Assembly: GCA_964510525.1 (NCBI GenBank)
Contig: CAZECE010000071.1
Coordinates: 11,986 to 75,985, forward strand
Direction of reading: 5' to 3'
Length of the DNA: 64,000 bases
From: an uncultured Pseudomonadales bacterium
GTDB taxonomy: Bacteria > Pseudomonadota > Gammaproteobacteria > Pseudomonadales > JANQJO01
The notes under the pieces were generated by a model. That model ran no database searches and was not told where the DNA came from. It saw only the letters and a list, made by a program, of their open reading frames with translations. This document shows, one piece after another, positions 54,727 to 64,000 of this stretch. Both the position numbers and the translations under genes were made by a program. How positions within the stretch are numbered: the first letter of the stretch is position 1; each line of letters starts with the position of its first letter.

Positions 54727-55554
54727 TTAAGAAGGCTCAGTCTCTGTAATCGCGGTTTTTACCGTACCAATTAAGTCAGACACGGCCTCTAAGCAACGCT
54801 GCTTTTGCTGTTCTGACGCGGACTCCTTCGTACACTGCTTTTCAATGGTTTCGACCAAGGCACTGCCCATCACCACGCCTTCGGCAACAGGCGCGACATT
54901 TTTAGCCGTTTCCGCATCTTTGATGCCAAAACCCACCAATACAGGTAATGCGGTATGACTTTTTAACTCGGCAATTTTACTTTCGACTTCCTCAATATTT
55001 AAATTGCTCGCACCGGTCACCCCTCGAAGCGATACATAATACAAATAACCTGAAGCGTGTTCTGCAATCTGAGCCATGCGCTCGGGTGTCGTCGTCGGGG
55101 AGACCAAAAAGATCAGGGCCAATTGGTGAGCCGACAAAATGGGTGCCATCTCTTTCGCTTCTTCTGGCGGCAAATCAACAATCAACACCCCATCAACCCC
55201 AGCGTCTTGCGCCGCAGCCGAAAACGCCGTTATTCCCATGTGCTCTATGGGATTCAGGTACCCCATCAACACAATTGGGGTTTGATGTCCTCGAGCACGG
55301 AAGTCTTTCACCAAACCAAAAATATCCTGTAAACCGACATTATTCATTAACGCGCGATCGCTGGCACGCTGAATCACAGGGCCATCCGCCATGGGATCTG
55401 AAAACGGCACCCCCAGCTCGATGATGTCCGCACCCGCAGACACCATGGTTTCCATTAAATGCAGCGTCATCTCTATTGATGGATCACCGGCAGTAATGAA
55501 TGGCACTAATTTTTTTTTCTTCGACTGTTCAAATTCATCAATAATTCGTTGCAT
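54727..55554 (-). CDS. trpA: Tryptophan synthase alpha chain
   Basis: LVPFITAGDP, ELGVPFSDPMADGPVIQ, GFGI. TAATG overlap with trpB. Confidence 0.95.
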   Translation of the reverse strand: MQRIIDEFEQSKKKKLVPFITAGDPSIEMTLHLMETMVSAGADIIELGVPFSDPMADGPVIQRASDRALMNNVGLQDIFGLVKDFRARGHQTPIVLMGYLNPIEHMGITAFSAAAQDAGVDGVLIVDLPPEEAKEMAPILSAHQLALIFLVSPTTTPERMAQIAEHASGYLYYVSLRGVTGASNLNIEEVESKIAELKSHTALPVLVGFGIKDAETAKNVAPVAEGVVMGSALVETIEKQCTKESASEQQKQRCLEAVSDLIGTVKTAITETEPS

Positions 55555-56780
55555 TACGCTGACTCCTGTCGGGCGGCAATCGCCATCAAATCTTTGTCAC
55601 CTCGCCCAGAAAGGTTGACCACAATATGCTGGTCTTTACGCATTGTTGGCGCCATTTCTTCAATGTAAGCCAAAGCATGACTGGTTTCCAAGGCAGGAAT
55701 AATGCCCTCAATGCGACTCACCTTCTCAAAGGCTTTTAATACCGCATCATCATTCACGGCCACGTATTGCACACGCCCCAAATCTTTTAACCAAGCATGC
55801 TCAGGACCCACACCGGGATAATCTAAACCCGCTGAAACAGAGTGCGTACCTATAATCTGACCATGATCGTCTTGCATAATATAGGTTCTATTACCATGCA
55901 GAACGCCTGGGGAACCAACCGATAAAGGCGCCGCATGACGCCCCGTCGCAATCCCATCGCCACCCGCCTCAACACCGACCATTTGCACTTGGCTATCCGC
56001 TAAAAAAGGATGGAACAAACCAATCGCATTCGAACCACCACCAACACAGGCCACCAACGCATCCGGCAAGCAGTCGTATTTCGCCAACATCTGCTCACGC
56101 GTTTCAGTTCCGATCACCGAATGAAAATCCCTGACCATCATTGGGTAAGGATGAGGACCGGCGGCGGTGCCAATAATATAAAACGTATTGTCTACATTAC
56201 TCACCCAATCACGCAGCGCTTCATTTAAAGCATCTTTGAGCGTTTGCGAACCGCTGGTTACCGGAATAACTTCTGCTCCCAGCAATTTCATGCGATAAAC
56301 ATTTAACGCCTGCCGTTCAATATCTTCAGCTCCCATATACACCGAGCACTCAAGCCCTAAACGAGCGGCCACCGTCGCCGTCGCAACACCGTGCTGCCCC
56401 GCTCCGGTCTCGGCAATCACGCGTTTTTTGTTCATGCGCCGCGCCAACAAAGCTTGCCCAACGGTGTTATTAATCTTATGAGCCCCAGTATGGTTTAGGT
56501 CTTCCCGTTTGAAATGAATTTGCGCGCCGCCTAATTCCTCACTCCAGCGAGCTGCATGATAGAGCGGTGTCGGACGCCCAACGTAATCCTTCAAATCAGC
56601 ATGAAATTCAGCTTGAAAAGCCGGATCCGCGATTAACGCTCGGTAGTTTTGCTCCAACTCAAACAACGCGGACATCAAGGTCTCAGCAACAAATCGACCA
56701 CCGTAAGGGCCAAAATGCCCATCTGCATTTGGATACGACGAATAATCTATTGTTTCCGGTTTATTTTCACTGCTGTGCAC
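55554..56780 (-). CDS. trpB: Tryptophan synthase beta chain
   Basis: [14 protein letters not shown] and PLP lysine [12 protein letters not shown] 56780 has GAGAGG upstream; the track start at 56801 is TTG without an SD. Confidence 0.95.
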   Translation of the reverse strand: MHSSENKPETIDYSSYPNADGHFGPYGGRFVAETLMSALFELEQNYRALIADPAFQAEFHADLKDYVGRPTPLYHAARWSEELGGAQIHFKREDLNHTGAHKINNTVGQALLARRMNKKRVIAETGAGQHGVATATVAARLGLECSVYMGAEDIERQALNVYRMKLLGAEVIPVTSGSQTLKDALNEALRDWVSNVDNTFYIIGTAAGPHPYPMMVRDFHSVIGTETREQMLAKYDCLPDALVACVGGGSNAIGLFHPFLADSQVQMVGVEAGGDGIATGRHAAPLSVGSPGVLHGNRTYIMQDDHGQIIGTHSVSAGLDYPGVGPEHAWLKDLGRVQYVAVNDDAVLKAFEKVSRIEGIIPALETSHALAYIEEMAPTMRKDQHIVVNLSGRGDKDLMAIAARQESA

Positions 56781-57411
56781 AACAAAGCACCTCTCGTACA
56801 AAGTCTTGTATTTTGTTTTGATCTTTTACGCCTGGAGAAGCTTCCACCCCACCACTGACATCGACTGCAAAAGGCCGCAGCCGTTTGATCGCTTCGGATA
56901 CGTTTTGAGGGTTTAATCCACCCGCCAGTATCAGTGGCTTTGTCGCTTGTTCCGGCCAAAGAGACCAGTCAAATACGTGACCAGTGCCACCCCATTGCCC
57001 CGTTCTAGCCTGCGGGTTATCACTTCCCGCATCTAATATAAACCCAGCCGCTTGTGTATGCGCCGACATAACGGCCAACCAATCTGTTTCAGCTTTTGGT
57101 CTCAGGGCTTTGATATATGGTAAACCAAACTGTTCACAATATTCAGGGCTTTCAGTGCCATGGAATTGCAATAAATCGACGAGCCCTGTTGCTACGACCC
57201 GCTTTACATCAGACTCCGCCGCATTCACCCATAACGCCACTCGATCCACAAAAGGTGGCCAATTTTCTACGAGTGACTGAAAACGCTCAAAAGTAACCGC
57301 TCTGGAGCTTGCCTGATAAAACACAAAGCCCAACGCATCAACACCTGCATCAATGGCAGCCGCAATGCCTTTAGGTTCTGTTAATCCACATATTTTGATT
57401 CGGGTGTGCAA
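56767..57411 (-). CDS. trpF: N-(5'-phosphoribosyl)anthranilate isomerase
   Basis: [29 protein letters not shown] start. Confidence 0.9.
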   Translation of the reverse strand: MHTRIKICGLTEPKGIAAAIDAGVDALGFVFYQASSRAVTFERFQSLVENWPPFVDRVALWVNAAESDVKRVVATGLVDLLQFHGTESPEYCEQFGLPYIKALRPKAETDWLAVMSAHTQAAGFILDAGSDNPQARTGQWGGTGHVFDWSLWPEQATKPLILAGGLNPQNVSEAIKRLRPFAVDVSGGVEASPGVKDQNKIQDFVREVLCCAQQ

Positions 57412-57466
57412 AACGGTTTCTCTGCAAAAAAACGCGCCTATTTTACCCTTTTTTAAAGAAATAAAT

Positions 57467-58261
57467 CTATTTATGCCTAGGCGATGCCAAAGAATTACCG
57501 GTCGGCTTGTTCAAACCGCATTCAACCGGATAAAAAACTTCAGTTAAAAACAACCCATTAGGTGGGGCAGTAGGGCCTGCCGCCGCTCTATTGCGTGCTG
57601 CCAACACCTCAGCAACCCAATCGGGTGGCCGTTTTGATTGACCAACCATCAGCAAAGTCCCAACAATGTTACGAACCATGTGCTTTAAAAACGCATTGGC
57701 TTTAATGTGCAGCACAACACAGTCACTTTCGGTGCGCAGCTCGCACTTTAAGATGCAGCGATTGGGTGTTTTGGCTTGGCAATCTTGTGCCCGAAAAGAC
57801 GTAAAATCCTGCTCTCCTAACAGATAATGCGCCCCAGCCCGCATGCTATCAACATCCAAGGCGTAATAAACACGCGTCCTTAATTGACTCATAACCGCAA
57901 AGCGTACGTTAGCGCTCTGAATCCAGTACTGATATTGCCGCCACTCGGCACTGTAACGAGCGTGAAAATCATCAGGAACTTCCTGCGCCCACTGAATCGC
58001 CACCGTATCAGGCAGGAAACGATTAGCGCCACGCACCCAAGCTCTCATGGGGCGACTCACTTGGGTATCAAAATGTAAAACCTGGCCCAGCGCATGCACC
58101 CCGGCATCGGTGCGCCCCGCACAAACCGTCTTGATGGGCTCTCCCGCTATCGAAGACAATGCAGACTCAACGCAAGCCTGAATGGTGTTGGGATCATGGG
58201 ACTGAATTTGCCAGCCATGAAAATCTGAGCCCAGGTACTCCAGGCCGATGGCTATTCTCAT
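57467..58261 (-). CDS. truA: tRNA pseudouridine(38-40) synthase
   Basis: MRIAIGLEYLGSDFHGWQ and catalytic GRTDAGVHA. Confidence 0.95.
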   Translation of the reverse strand: MRIAIGLEYLGSDFHGWQIQSHDPNTIQACVESALSSIAGEPIKTVCAGRTDAGVHALGQVLHFDTQVSRPMRAWVRGANRFLPDTVAIQWAQEVPDDFHARYSAEWRQYQYWIQSANVRFAVMSQLRTRVYYALDVDSMRAGAHYLLGEQDFTSFRAQDCQAKTPNRCILKCELRTESDCVVLHIKANAFLKHMVRNIVGTLLMVGQSKRPPDWVAEVLAARNRAAAGPTAPPNGLFLTEVFYPVECGLNKPTGNSLASPRHK

Positions 58262-58288
58262 AGTGACGTGACGCCTAAGCCAATAACA

Positions 58289-61200
58289 TCAGCCCATCTG
58301 GTCTAATAACGATTTAGCCTGCTCTTTTTGTTGATCATTACCTTCTGAGAGAACCTCTTCCAGGATCTCTCGAGCACCATCGCGATCACCCATATCAAGA
58401 TAAGCGCGCGCCAAATCCAGCTTAGTAGAGGCTTCATCGGTTCCTGCAAAAATATCAGATTCAATATCGTCTAAATCGTTAGGCTCAGCTTCTGTCGAGC
58501 CAACATCTAAATCAGCTCCCAAATCCAAATCAGCCCCTAAGTCCACGTCAGCGCTTAAATTAACGTCAGAACCTAAATCCAGACCAGAATCTAAATCCAA
58601 ATCCGAGCCTAAGTCGGCTCCCAAATCAGTAGCGGACTCATCCAGCACAACAGGGTTCACCAAATCATCCCCAGCCATGCCCTCAGCTTCTAAGTTGAAT
58701 GAAATAGGCTCTTCTATAAGAGGGTCTTCGGAAGCAGTGCCTTCAGCATTGGAATCAAAATCATTGGAATCAAAATCGCTTGACCCCAAATCACTCGTTC
58801 CAAGATCCAGTGCAGCTGCATCAAAATCTGCTTCGAAGCTCTCCAAGCCGTCATTGGATTCATCACTTAAAGTCGCATCGAGCCCTGATTCATCAAATTG
58901 AAAATCCACTTCTTCAGTTTCGGCCGCAGCAATCTCTGGTTCCGACAAGTCCACTCCAAGGCTATCATTTTCTGGCTGAGCAGCGGCAGCTGCGGATACA
59001 TCAGAGGCAGGCGCATCAATCGGCAACTTTATTTTTTTTTTCAGCCTTTCAACGCGCAATGAAAAATCCGCACTAAAACCTTGGGCAATCAGCTTTTGCT
59101 CAATCGTAGCGAACCCTTCAGGGTTTTGCTGTTCTGCGTGAACTTCTAACAACTTGAGGTAAAACTCAGGCTGGTTGGGGTCTTTTTCGATGCCATCTTC
59201 TAATACTTTTTGCGCATCGGCGAAACGACCGTAGGCCAAGTAAATATCAGCCTCACCCAGAATATCAGATGCTTCTTCTTGAATAGCTGCGGAAACACCT
59301 TGATCTTCTTCAAAGCTGGTATGCACATCTTCTAGAGATTCCAAGATGTCATCATCCAGATCATCTTCAATTTCTTCCTCTGCCAACACATCATCCAAAA
59401 CAATCGTCGAATCATCTGAAGAGGGAGCTTCTGCAGAATCAATGCTGTCCAATACAACCAGATCATCTTGCGACTCATCAGGCGCTGCAATTGATTCTTT
59501 ATCAGCGTCTTCTAAACCCTCTTCGTCCTCATCATCAAATTCATCATACTCATCCGACGTTCGAGAGCTTCTCAAGAATATGACCATCAGAATAAACAAC
59601 AGAATAATGCCGACAACAGCCCCCAGATAAATAGGATTATTAAGCACCTTGTCTAATAATGCTTTAGCGCCGCTCATAGGATCGGCATCTTTTGAAGGTT
59701 GTTGCGATTTTTTGTCTAACGCCTGCTCTTTCTTCGATTCAACCTTTTTAGGTTCAACTTTTTTAGACTCAACTTTGGCTTCTGTTTGCGGCTTAATCTT
59801 TGGAACAACCGGTTGCGCGTCATTAGTCTTCTCTGAAGTCTTATCTGACTGCTCGGTAAGATCTTTTAAGACGTCTTCAACATTCTCAACGGCCTCAACA
59901 CTTTCTCCAGATTCTTCAGAGTTTTCTCCAGCCTCACCAGAAACATCCGTCTTAACAGCCTTTTCTGGCGCAACTTCTTTAATTGGTGGTTCAGGCAATT
60001 TCCCAACTTTTAAGCCTTGTTTTTCAAGCGCTTCAAGGCGAGCAATTAACTCCGATATCTGAGCACTTTGCATCTCAATTAACTGGTTAGCTTGGTTTAA
60101 TTGATCTCGCTCAGCAGCTAAGTCGCTGGACAGCACCTTGTTTTGCTCGGAAAGTCGGTCTTTTTCATTTTTAATGGATGAAAGTTCCGCTTTAACACTT
60201 TCCGCTTCGCCAGCACCACCTGCACCAGCACCGCCCATAGCTGAGCCTGAATCCAGTTTGATTTTGCCCCCAGTATCATCAACGGAAGCAAAACGCTCGA
60301 CCTCTTCACCAGCCGCCGTCGGTGCATAGCCCCCTTCTTTTAATTGGCCGCTGCTGCGCGCAACTTTTTCACGCCATACTTTGTTCTGCTGCTTAACCCG
60401 ATTAATGGCCGCGACCGGATCAATGGATTTAGCGTCCGCAACTTCAGGCAGCTGCAACTCTTTATCTTTCTTAAGCAAATTGATGTTATCGTCGATAAAA
60501 GCATCCGGATTGTCTCTTTGGATCGCCAGCATCATCTGCTGAACCGACACATCTTCATTCCCTTCTCGCGCCAGTTCGGCTATGAACCAGAGGTTATCCT
60601 GACTCTGAGTGACATATCGCTCGTTTCTTTCAACCGGTGTTGGCTCAGGAGCCGATGCCACCAATTCAGGTTCAACTGACTGAGGCTCTGGTACTGGCTG
60701 CGACTCTTGGATTGGCTGTGGCACTTGAGCTGGCTGCGGCACTTCCACTTGCTGCGGCACTGCTCGCTCAACTGGGGCTGCAGCCATTGTTTGATTCTTT
60801 TCTAATACCGAAGCAATGGTAGCTTGCGGTTCAGGCTCAACAGCAGGCGAAGGCGTCACTTCAGGCTTAGGTTGCGTGGCAGCCCTAACCAGAGGACTTA
60901 AAGCTGGCTTTGCGACAACCGCTTCTTCCACATCAAAAGTTTCACGAGCCAGTGTTTCAGATTTTTCTGGAACAGAAGCCGCTGGGCTTGGAGCGATTGC
61001 TGGCTGTACGGCTTGCACAGCCTCTGAAGCGAACACAGGGGGATCAACCAAAATGGTATATTCCCGCAATAAACGACCCGCAGGCCACAGGATTTCCACT
61101 AAAAAGTTAAGGAAAGGTTCTTTTACTGGTTTTTTAGTGGTTAGGGAGATAAACAGTCGACCTTCTTCTTTTTGAACAACATCCATTTGAATCGATGAAA

Positions 61201-61429
61201 GGAAAAAAGTTCGATCCACACCCGCTGCTTTAAAGTCATCAATACTGGCCAAGCTCGCTAAAATTTCATTGCGCGACAAATCACGAACCTGCAACAACTC
61301 AATTTCTGCTTCCAAAGGTTGATTGAGGTTAGACTTCAGGTTAATCTGGCCCAAGCCCAGCGCATGCACCAAGGATGGAAATATCACTGCCGACAACAAA
61401 CTAAGAATCAGAAAAGCGTGGCGCACCAT
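58289..61429 (-). CDS. fimV: FimV/HubP-family polar scaffold protein (LysM, TM helix, acidic repeats, FimV C-terminal TPR-like motif)
   Basis: Signal peptide from ATG 61429 (the track TTG at 61465 is rejected). LysM region YVTQSQDNLWFIAE...LLKKDKELQLP. TM helix IYLGAVVGIILLFILMVIFL. Long Asp/Glu-rich repeats. C-terminal TKLDLARAYLDMGDRDGAREILEEVL. Confidence 0.85.
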   Translation of the reverse strand: MVRHAFLILSLLSAVIFPSLVHALGLGQINLKSNLNQPLEAEIELLQVRDLSRNEILASLASIDDFKAAGVDRTFFLSSIQMDVVQKEEGRLFISLTTKKPVKEPFLNFLVEILWPAGRLLREYTILVDPPVFASEAVQAVQPAIAPSPAASVPEKSETLARETFDVEEAVVAKPALSPLVRAATQPKPEVTPSPAVEPEPQATIASVLEKNQTMAAAPVERAVPQQVEVPQPAQVPQPIQESQPVPEPQSVEPELVASAPEPTPVERNERYVTQSQDNLWFIAELAREGNEDVSVQQMMLAIQRDNPDAFIDDNINLLKKDKELQLPEVADAKSIDPVAAINRVKQQNKVWREKVARSSGQLKEGGYAPTAAGEEVERFASVDDTGGKIKLDSGSAMGGAGAGGAGEAESVKAELSSIKNEKDRLSEQNKVLSSDLAAERDQLNQANQLIEMQSAQISELIARLEALEKQGLKVGKLPEPPIKEVAPEKAVKTDVSGEAGENSEESGESVEAVENVEDVLKDLTEQSDKTSEKTNDAQPVVPKIKPQTEAKVESKKVEPKKVESKKEQALDKKSQQPSKDADPMSGAKALLDKVLNNPIYLGAVVGIILLFILMVIFLRSSRTSDEYDEFDDEDEEGLEDADKESIAAPDESQDDLVVLDSIDSAEAPSSDDSTIVLDDVLAEEEIEDDLDDDILESLEDVHTSFEEDQGVSAAIQEEASDILGEADIYLAYGRFADAQKVLEDGIEKDPNQPEFYLKLLEVHAEQQNPEGFATIEQKLIAQGFSADFSLRVERLKKKIKLPIDAPASDVSAAAAAQPENDSLGVDLSEPEIAAAETEEVDFQFDESGLDATLSDESNDGLESFEADFDAAALDLGTSDLGSSDFDSNDFDSNAEGTASEDPLIEEPISFNLEAEGMAGDDLVNPVVLDESATDLGADLGSDLDLDSGLDLGSDVNLSADVDLGADLDLGADLDVGSTEAEPNDLDDIESDIFAGTDEASTKLDLARAYLDMGDRDGAREILEEVLSEGNDQQKEQAKSLLDQMG

Positions 61430-61503
61430 TGTTTTTTTCCTTTCAAAATACCAAAATAATATCAATCACTTGGCGGATTCATTTTTCACCAAATAAGTAT
61501 CAG

Positions 61504-62523
61504 TTATAAACACTCTTTTATCAACTCTTCGGCAATCTGTACGCTATTTAATGCGGCACCTTTCCTTAAATTATCTGAAACCACCCACAAATTGATTCCA
61601 TTTTGATGTGAAATATCCTCACGAATACGACCCACGTAAGTAGCGTCTTGCCCAGCCGCATCCGTCGAAGCCGTCGGGTATCCCCCGGGTTCTTGTTCAT
61701 CCATCACCACAACTCCGGGCGCCTTCTCTAATAGCGATCTGACTTCAGGTGCTGTGATTTTCTTTTTTGTTTCTATATGCAAGGCTTCAGAGTGCCCATG
61801 AAAAACCGGCACACGAACACAGGTTGGGTTAACCTGAATACTCTCATCCCCAAGGATTTTTTGTGTCTCCCAAACCATTTTCATTTCTTCTCGGGTGTAG
61901 CCATTTTCTTGAAAGGTATCGATGTGCGGCAATGCATTAAAGGCGATTTGTTTGGGGTAAACGTTAGGCTCAATGGGTTTGCCATTCATCAACGCAGCGG
62001 TTTGACCAGCAAGCTCTTCAATCGCATTTTTGCCGGTACCTGAAACCGCTTGATAAGTCGCCACATTTATTCTCGTGATCTGAGCCGCATCATGAATGGG
62101 CTTTAATGCCACTAACATTTGAATGGTGGAACAATTAGGGTTAGCAATAATGTTACGCACTTCATAACGGTTCAAATGTTCCGGGTTCACCTCTGGAATA
62201 ATCAGCGGAATTTCAGCTTCACGTCGAAAGTGTGAGGTATTGTCAATCACAACACACCCCGCAGCGGCCGCTTTGGGTGCATATTCAGCGGACACAGAAC
62301 CGCCTGCTGAGAACAACCCAATTTGCACCTTTGAAAAATCAAATCCCACCAGGTCTTGAACTTTTAACATTTTACTGCCAAAAGGAACTCGTTTACCCGC
62401 AGAACGCGAACTCGCCAAAGCAAACACTTCGCCCACAGGAAAATTGCGTTCAGCCAAAATTTCCAACATCGCCTCACCAACAGCACCGGTCGCACCTACT
62501 ACCGCAACATCAAATGTTTTCAT
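61504..62523 (-). CDS. asd: Aspartate-semialdehyde dehydrogenase (short, ~340-aa type)
   Basis: VVGATGAVGE, catalytic Cys in NPNCSTIQM, VPVFHGHSEAL. Unlike USG-1, the active-site Cys is present. Confidence 0.9.
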   Translation of the reverse strand: MKTFDVAVVGATGAVGEAMLEILAERNFPVGEVFALASSRSAGKRVPFGSKMLKVQDLVGFDFSKVQIGLFSAGGSVSAEYAPKAAAAGCVVIDNTSHFRREAEIPLIIPEVNPEHLNRYEVRNIIANPNCSTIQMLVALKPIHDAAQITRINVATYQAVSGTGKNAIEELAGQTAALMNGKPIEPNVYPKQIAFNALPHIDTFQENGYTREEMKMVWETQKILGDESIQVNPTCVRVPVFHGHSEALHIETKKKITAPEVRSLLEKAPGVVVMDEQEPGGYPTASTDAAGQDATYVGRIREDISHQNGINLWVVSDNLRKGAALNSVQIAEELIKECL

Positions 62524-62526
62524 TTT

Positions 62527-63639
62527 TTACAAACTCCCAGTATTCTTAACTTGTAATTTTTGCAATTCGACAATGACAGCCTGCCCCATCTCTTCCGTAG
62601 AAACACAGCTCAATGCAGGATGACCCGCGTCACTGGCATCACTCATGATGTCCGGGGTACGCAAACCGTTTTTAATCACCGCCTGTATAGCGGCTTCCAA
62701 AAGATCCGCTTTTTCAGGCTTGCCTAATGAGCTGCGAAAGCCCATCGCAACCGACAACAAAGTGGCCAGCGGATTGGCCTTATTTAGACCGGCAATATCA
62801 GGTGCTGAACCATGACAAGGCTCGTAAACGCCCAAGCCATCCTCCCTCAACGACGCTGACGGCAACATACCTATAGAGCCCGTCAACTCTGCCGCCGCAT
62901 CCGATAAAATGTCACCAAACATATTACCCGTCACGATAACATCAAATTGCTTCGGATCTCGGATCAACTGCATGGCCGCATTGTCAACATAAAGATGAGA
63001 CAAACTGACATCTGGGTATTGCTGAGCTACATCATCAAAGATTTCCCGCCACAAACGCGTCACCTCTAATACATTGGCCTTATCAACAGAACACAGTTTT
63101 TGTGATCTTTGCTGCGCCATTTCGAAAGCAACCTTGGCAATACGTCTGATTTCAGTTTCGGAATAACGATAAGTATTAAACCCTTCGCGTTCACCGCTAT
63201 CTAATACACTCACACCCCTCGGCTCACCAAAATAAATACCACCTGTCAGTTCACGAACAATCACAATATCCAAGCCAGCGACGACCTCAGTTTTCAAGCT
63301 TGAAGCCTCCGCTAATTCAGGGTACAGCGTTGCTGGGCGAATGTTGGCAAACAAGCCCAAGGATTTTCGCAACTGTAATAACCCTTTTTCTGGACGCAAT
63401 TCCGGAGGATTTTGGTCCCACTTAGGACCACCCACCGCCCCCAATACAATCATTTTTGCCGACTGCGCGGCTTGCAACGTCGCATCAGGAAATGGCGTGC
63501 CCATTTCATCAATGGCCTGACCGCCAATCAGGGCATCGGCTTGGCGAAGCTCAGGTGCCAGTACATCCACCACCTCTTTAGCCTGATCAATGATTTCAGG
63601 ACCAATACCATCACCTGCTAACCACAAAATATCTGTCAT
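62527..63639 (-). CDS. leuB: 3-isopropylmalate dehydrogenase
   Basis: [37 protein letters not shown]. Confidence 0.95.
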   Translation of the reverse strand: MTDILWLAGDGIGPEIIDQAKEVVDVLAPELRQADALIGGQAIDEMGTPFPDATLQAAQSAKMIVLGAVGGPKWDQNPPELRPEKGLLQLRKSLGLFANIRPATLYPELAEASSLKTEVVAGLDIVIVRELTGGIYFGEPRGVSVLDSGEREGFNTYRYSETEIRRIAKVAFEMAQQRSQKLCSVDKANVLEVTRLWREIFDDVAQQYPDVSLSHLYVDNAAMQLIRDPKQFDVIVTGNMFGDILSDAAAELTGSIGMLPSASLREDGLGVYEPCHGSAPDIAGLNKANPLATLLSVAMGFRSSLGKPEKADLLEAAIQAVIKNGLRTPDIMSDASDAGHPALSCVSTEEMGQAVIVELQKLQVKNTGSL

Positions 63640-63699
63640 AAATTAAACCTATATAATTTCTTCGCTATTTATTTCTACGCTATCTATCTACTTTTACGA

Positions 63700-64000
63700 C
63701 TAAACCACGTCAACGACGGGAATCACTTTGGCTAACTGCGCTTCTACCTTTTCAGCAATAGCGAGATACATTGTCGCAAGATCTCCTTCAGAGTCTTTAA
63801 CGACAGTCGGTGCACCATCATCCATGGCTTGTCGCAGCTCAGATCGCAGCGGGATTTGTCCCAGCAAGTCCAGTCCATACTGATCCGCCAACACGGCACC
63901 ACCGCCTTCCCCGAAAACCCATTCTTGATGACCACATTGACTGCACTGATGCATCGCCATGTTCTCAACAATACCTAACGTTGGCACCTTGACCTTGTTG
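63700..64000 (-). CDS. apbC: Fe-S cluster carrier ATPase ApbC/Mrp (C-terminal ~100 aa; gene continues past the right edge)
   Basis: The track ORF is 63700..63987, but the frame stays open to 64000 (…KVKVPTLGIVENMAMHQCSQCGH…). GIVENM and the CxxC motif are typical of the Mrp/NBP35 C-terminus. Confidence 0.8.
   Translation of the reverse strand, partial: NKVKVPTLGIVENMAMHQCSQCGHQEWVFGEGGGAVLADQYGLDLLGQIPLRSELRQAMDDGAPTVVKDSEGDLATMYLAIAEKVEAQLAKVIPVVDVV

Noticed and set aside
58677-61175. Multiple plus-strand ORFs antisense to fimV (for example 59649..60062 and 60816..61175).
   Set aside because: Same reason: repeat-rich acidic coding sequence yields open antisense frames. There are no start or SD signals and no recognisable domains.
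1-64000. I looked on both strands for CRISPR arrays, tRNA/rRNA genes, IS elements, integrases, toxin-antitoxin pairs, restriction or other defence genes, and biosynthetic clusters.
   Set aside because: I found none. Every gap longer than 150 bp (1010-1404, 9670-9824, 26654-26838, 30252-30659, 36895-37079, 47663-47826, 49726-50010, 51372-51640) was read by eye. They contain only the short repeats and hairpins listed elsewhere in this report. A covariance-model scan (tRNAscan/Rfam) would be the decisive check, and I could not run one.

Overview
This is a chromosomal, mostly core-genome window from a polar-flagellated gammaproteobacterium. Gene order closely parallels Pseudomonas/Oceanospirillales-type chromosomes as I remember them, but the species cannot be identified from sequence alone. 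I support about 58 protein genes. I saw no rRNA, tRNA, CRISPR array, IS element, transposase or integrase.

Layout, left to right:
- 1-2639: an edge-truncated acetolactate-synthase-like TPP enzyme, divergent from a two-gene pair (DUF4282-like membrane protein plus a Campylobacter-type dimeric dUTPase).
- 2653-26653: about 24 kb of uninterrupted minus-strand genes. Read 5'->3' on that strand: fliLMNOPQR-flhB-flhA-flhF-flhG-fliA-cheY-cheZ-cheA-motC-motD-cheW-cheW-DUF2802, fused with a 21-bp gap to exbB-exbD-msbA-lpxK-(LMW phosphatase)-murB.
- 26839-30251: prpB-like lyase plus an OmpR-family two-component pair.
- 30660-35069: nrdAB.
- 35155-36894: an Hpt-like/pseudo-REC/REC/degenerate-GGDEF protein.
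- 37080-43870: moeB-prmC-prfA-hemA, divergent from a TPR lipoprotein and lolB.
- 43837-47662: a small polysaccharide/orphan islet (rfbD, rfbC, manC, one orphan ORF).
- 47827-51365: uup, rmf, pyrD.
- 51641-52800: a two-gene minor-pilin locus (fimT-like, pilV).
- 52807-64000: DUF2835, miaE, accD, trpA, trpB, trpF, truA, fimV/hubP-like, asd, leuB and an edge-truncated apbC/mrp.

The ORF track takes the longest ATG/GTG/TTG ORF and omits edge-truncated ORFs, so I re-evaluated several starts and added the two edge genes by hand translation.

I did not find a self-contained novel multi-gene system such as a defence island, BGC or secretion system. The observations most worth a second look are:
- A CheA with no recognisable P2 domain, whose ~330-aa disordered linker carries two FliM-N/CheZ-C-like EFExLLDxLHG peptides.
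- A degenerate-GGDEF (AGGRF) protein with an intact RxxD I-site.
- The DUF4282 + dimeric-dUTPase pair behind a phased triple palindrome.
- An orphan 226-aa ORF with an in-frame 21-bp tandem duplication.
- A CheW-like gene sitting where parC-parP normally sit.

All family calls are from motif recognition and memory. No searches were run.
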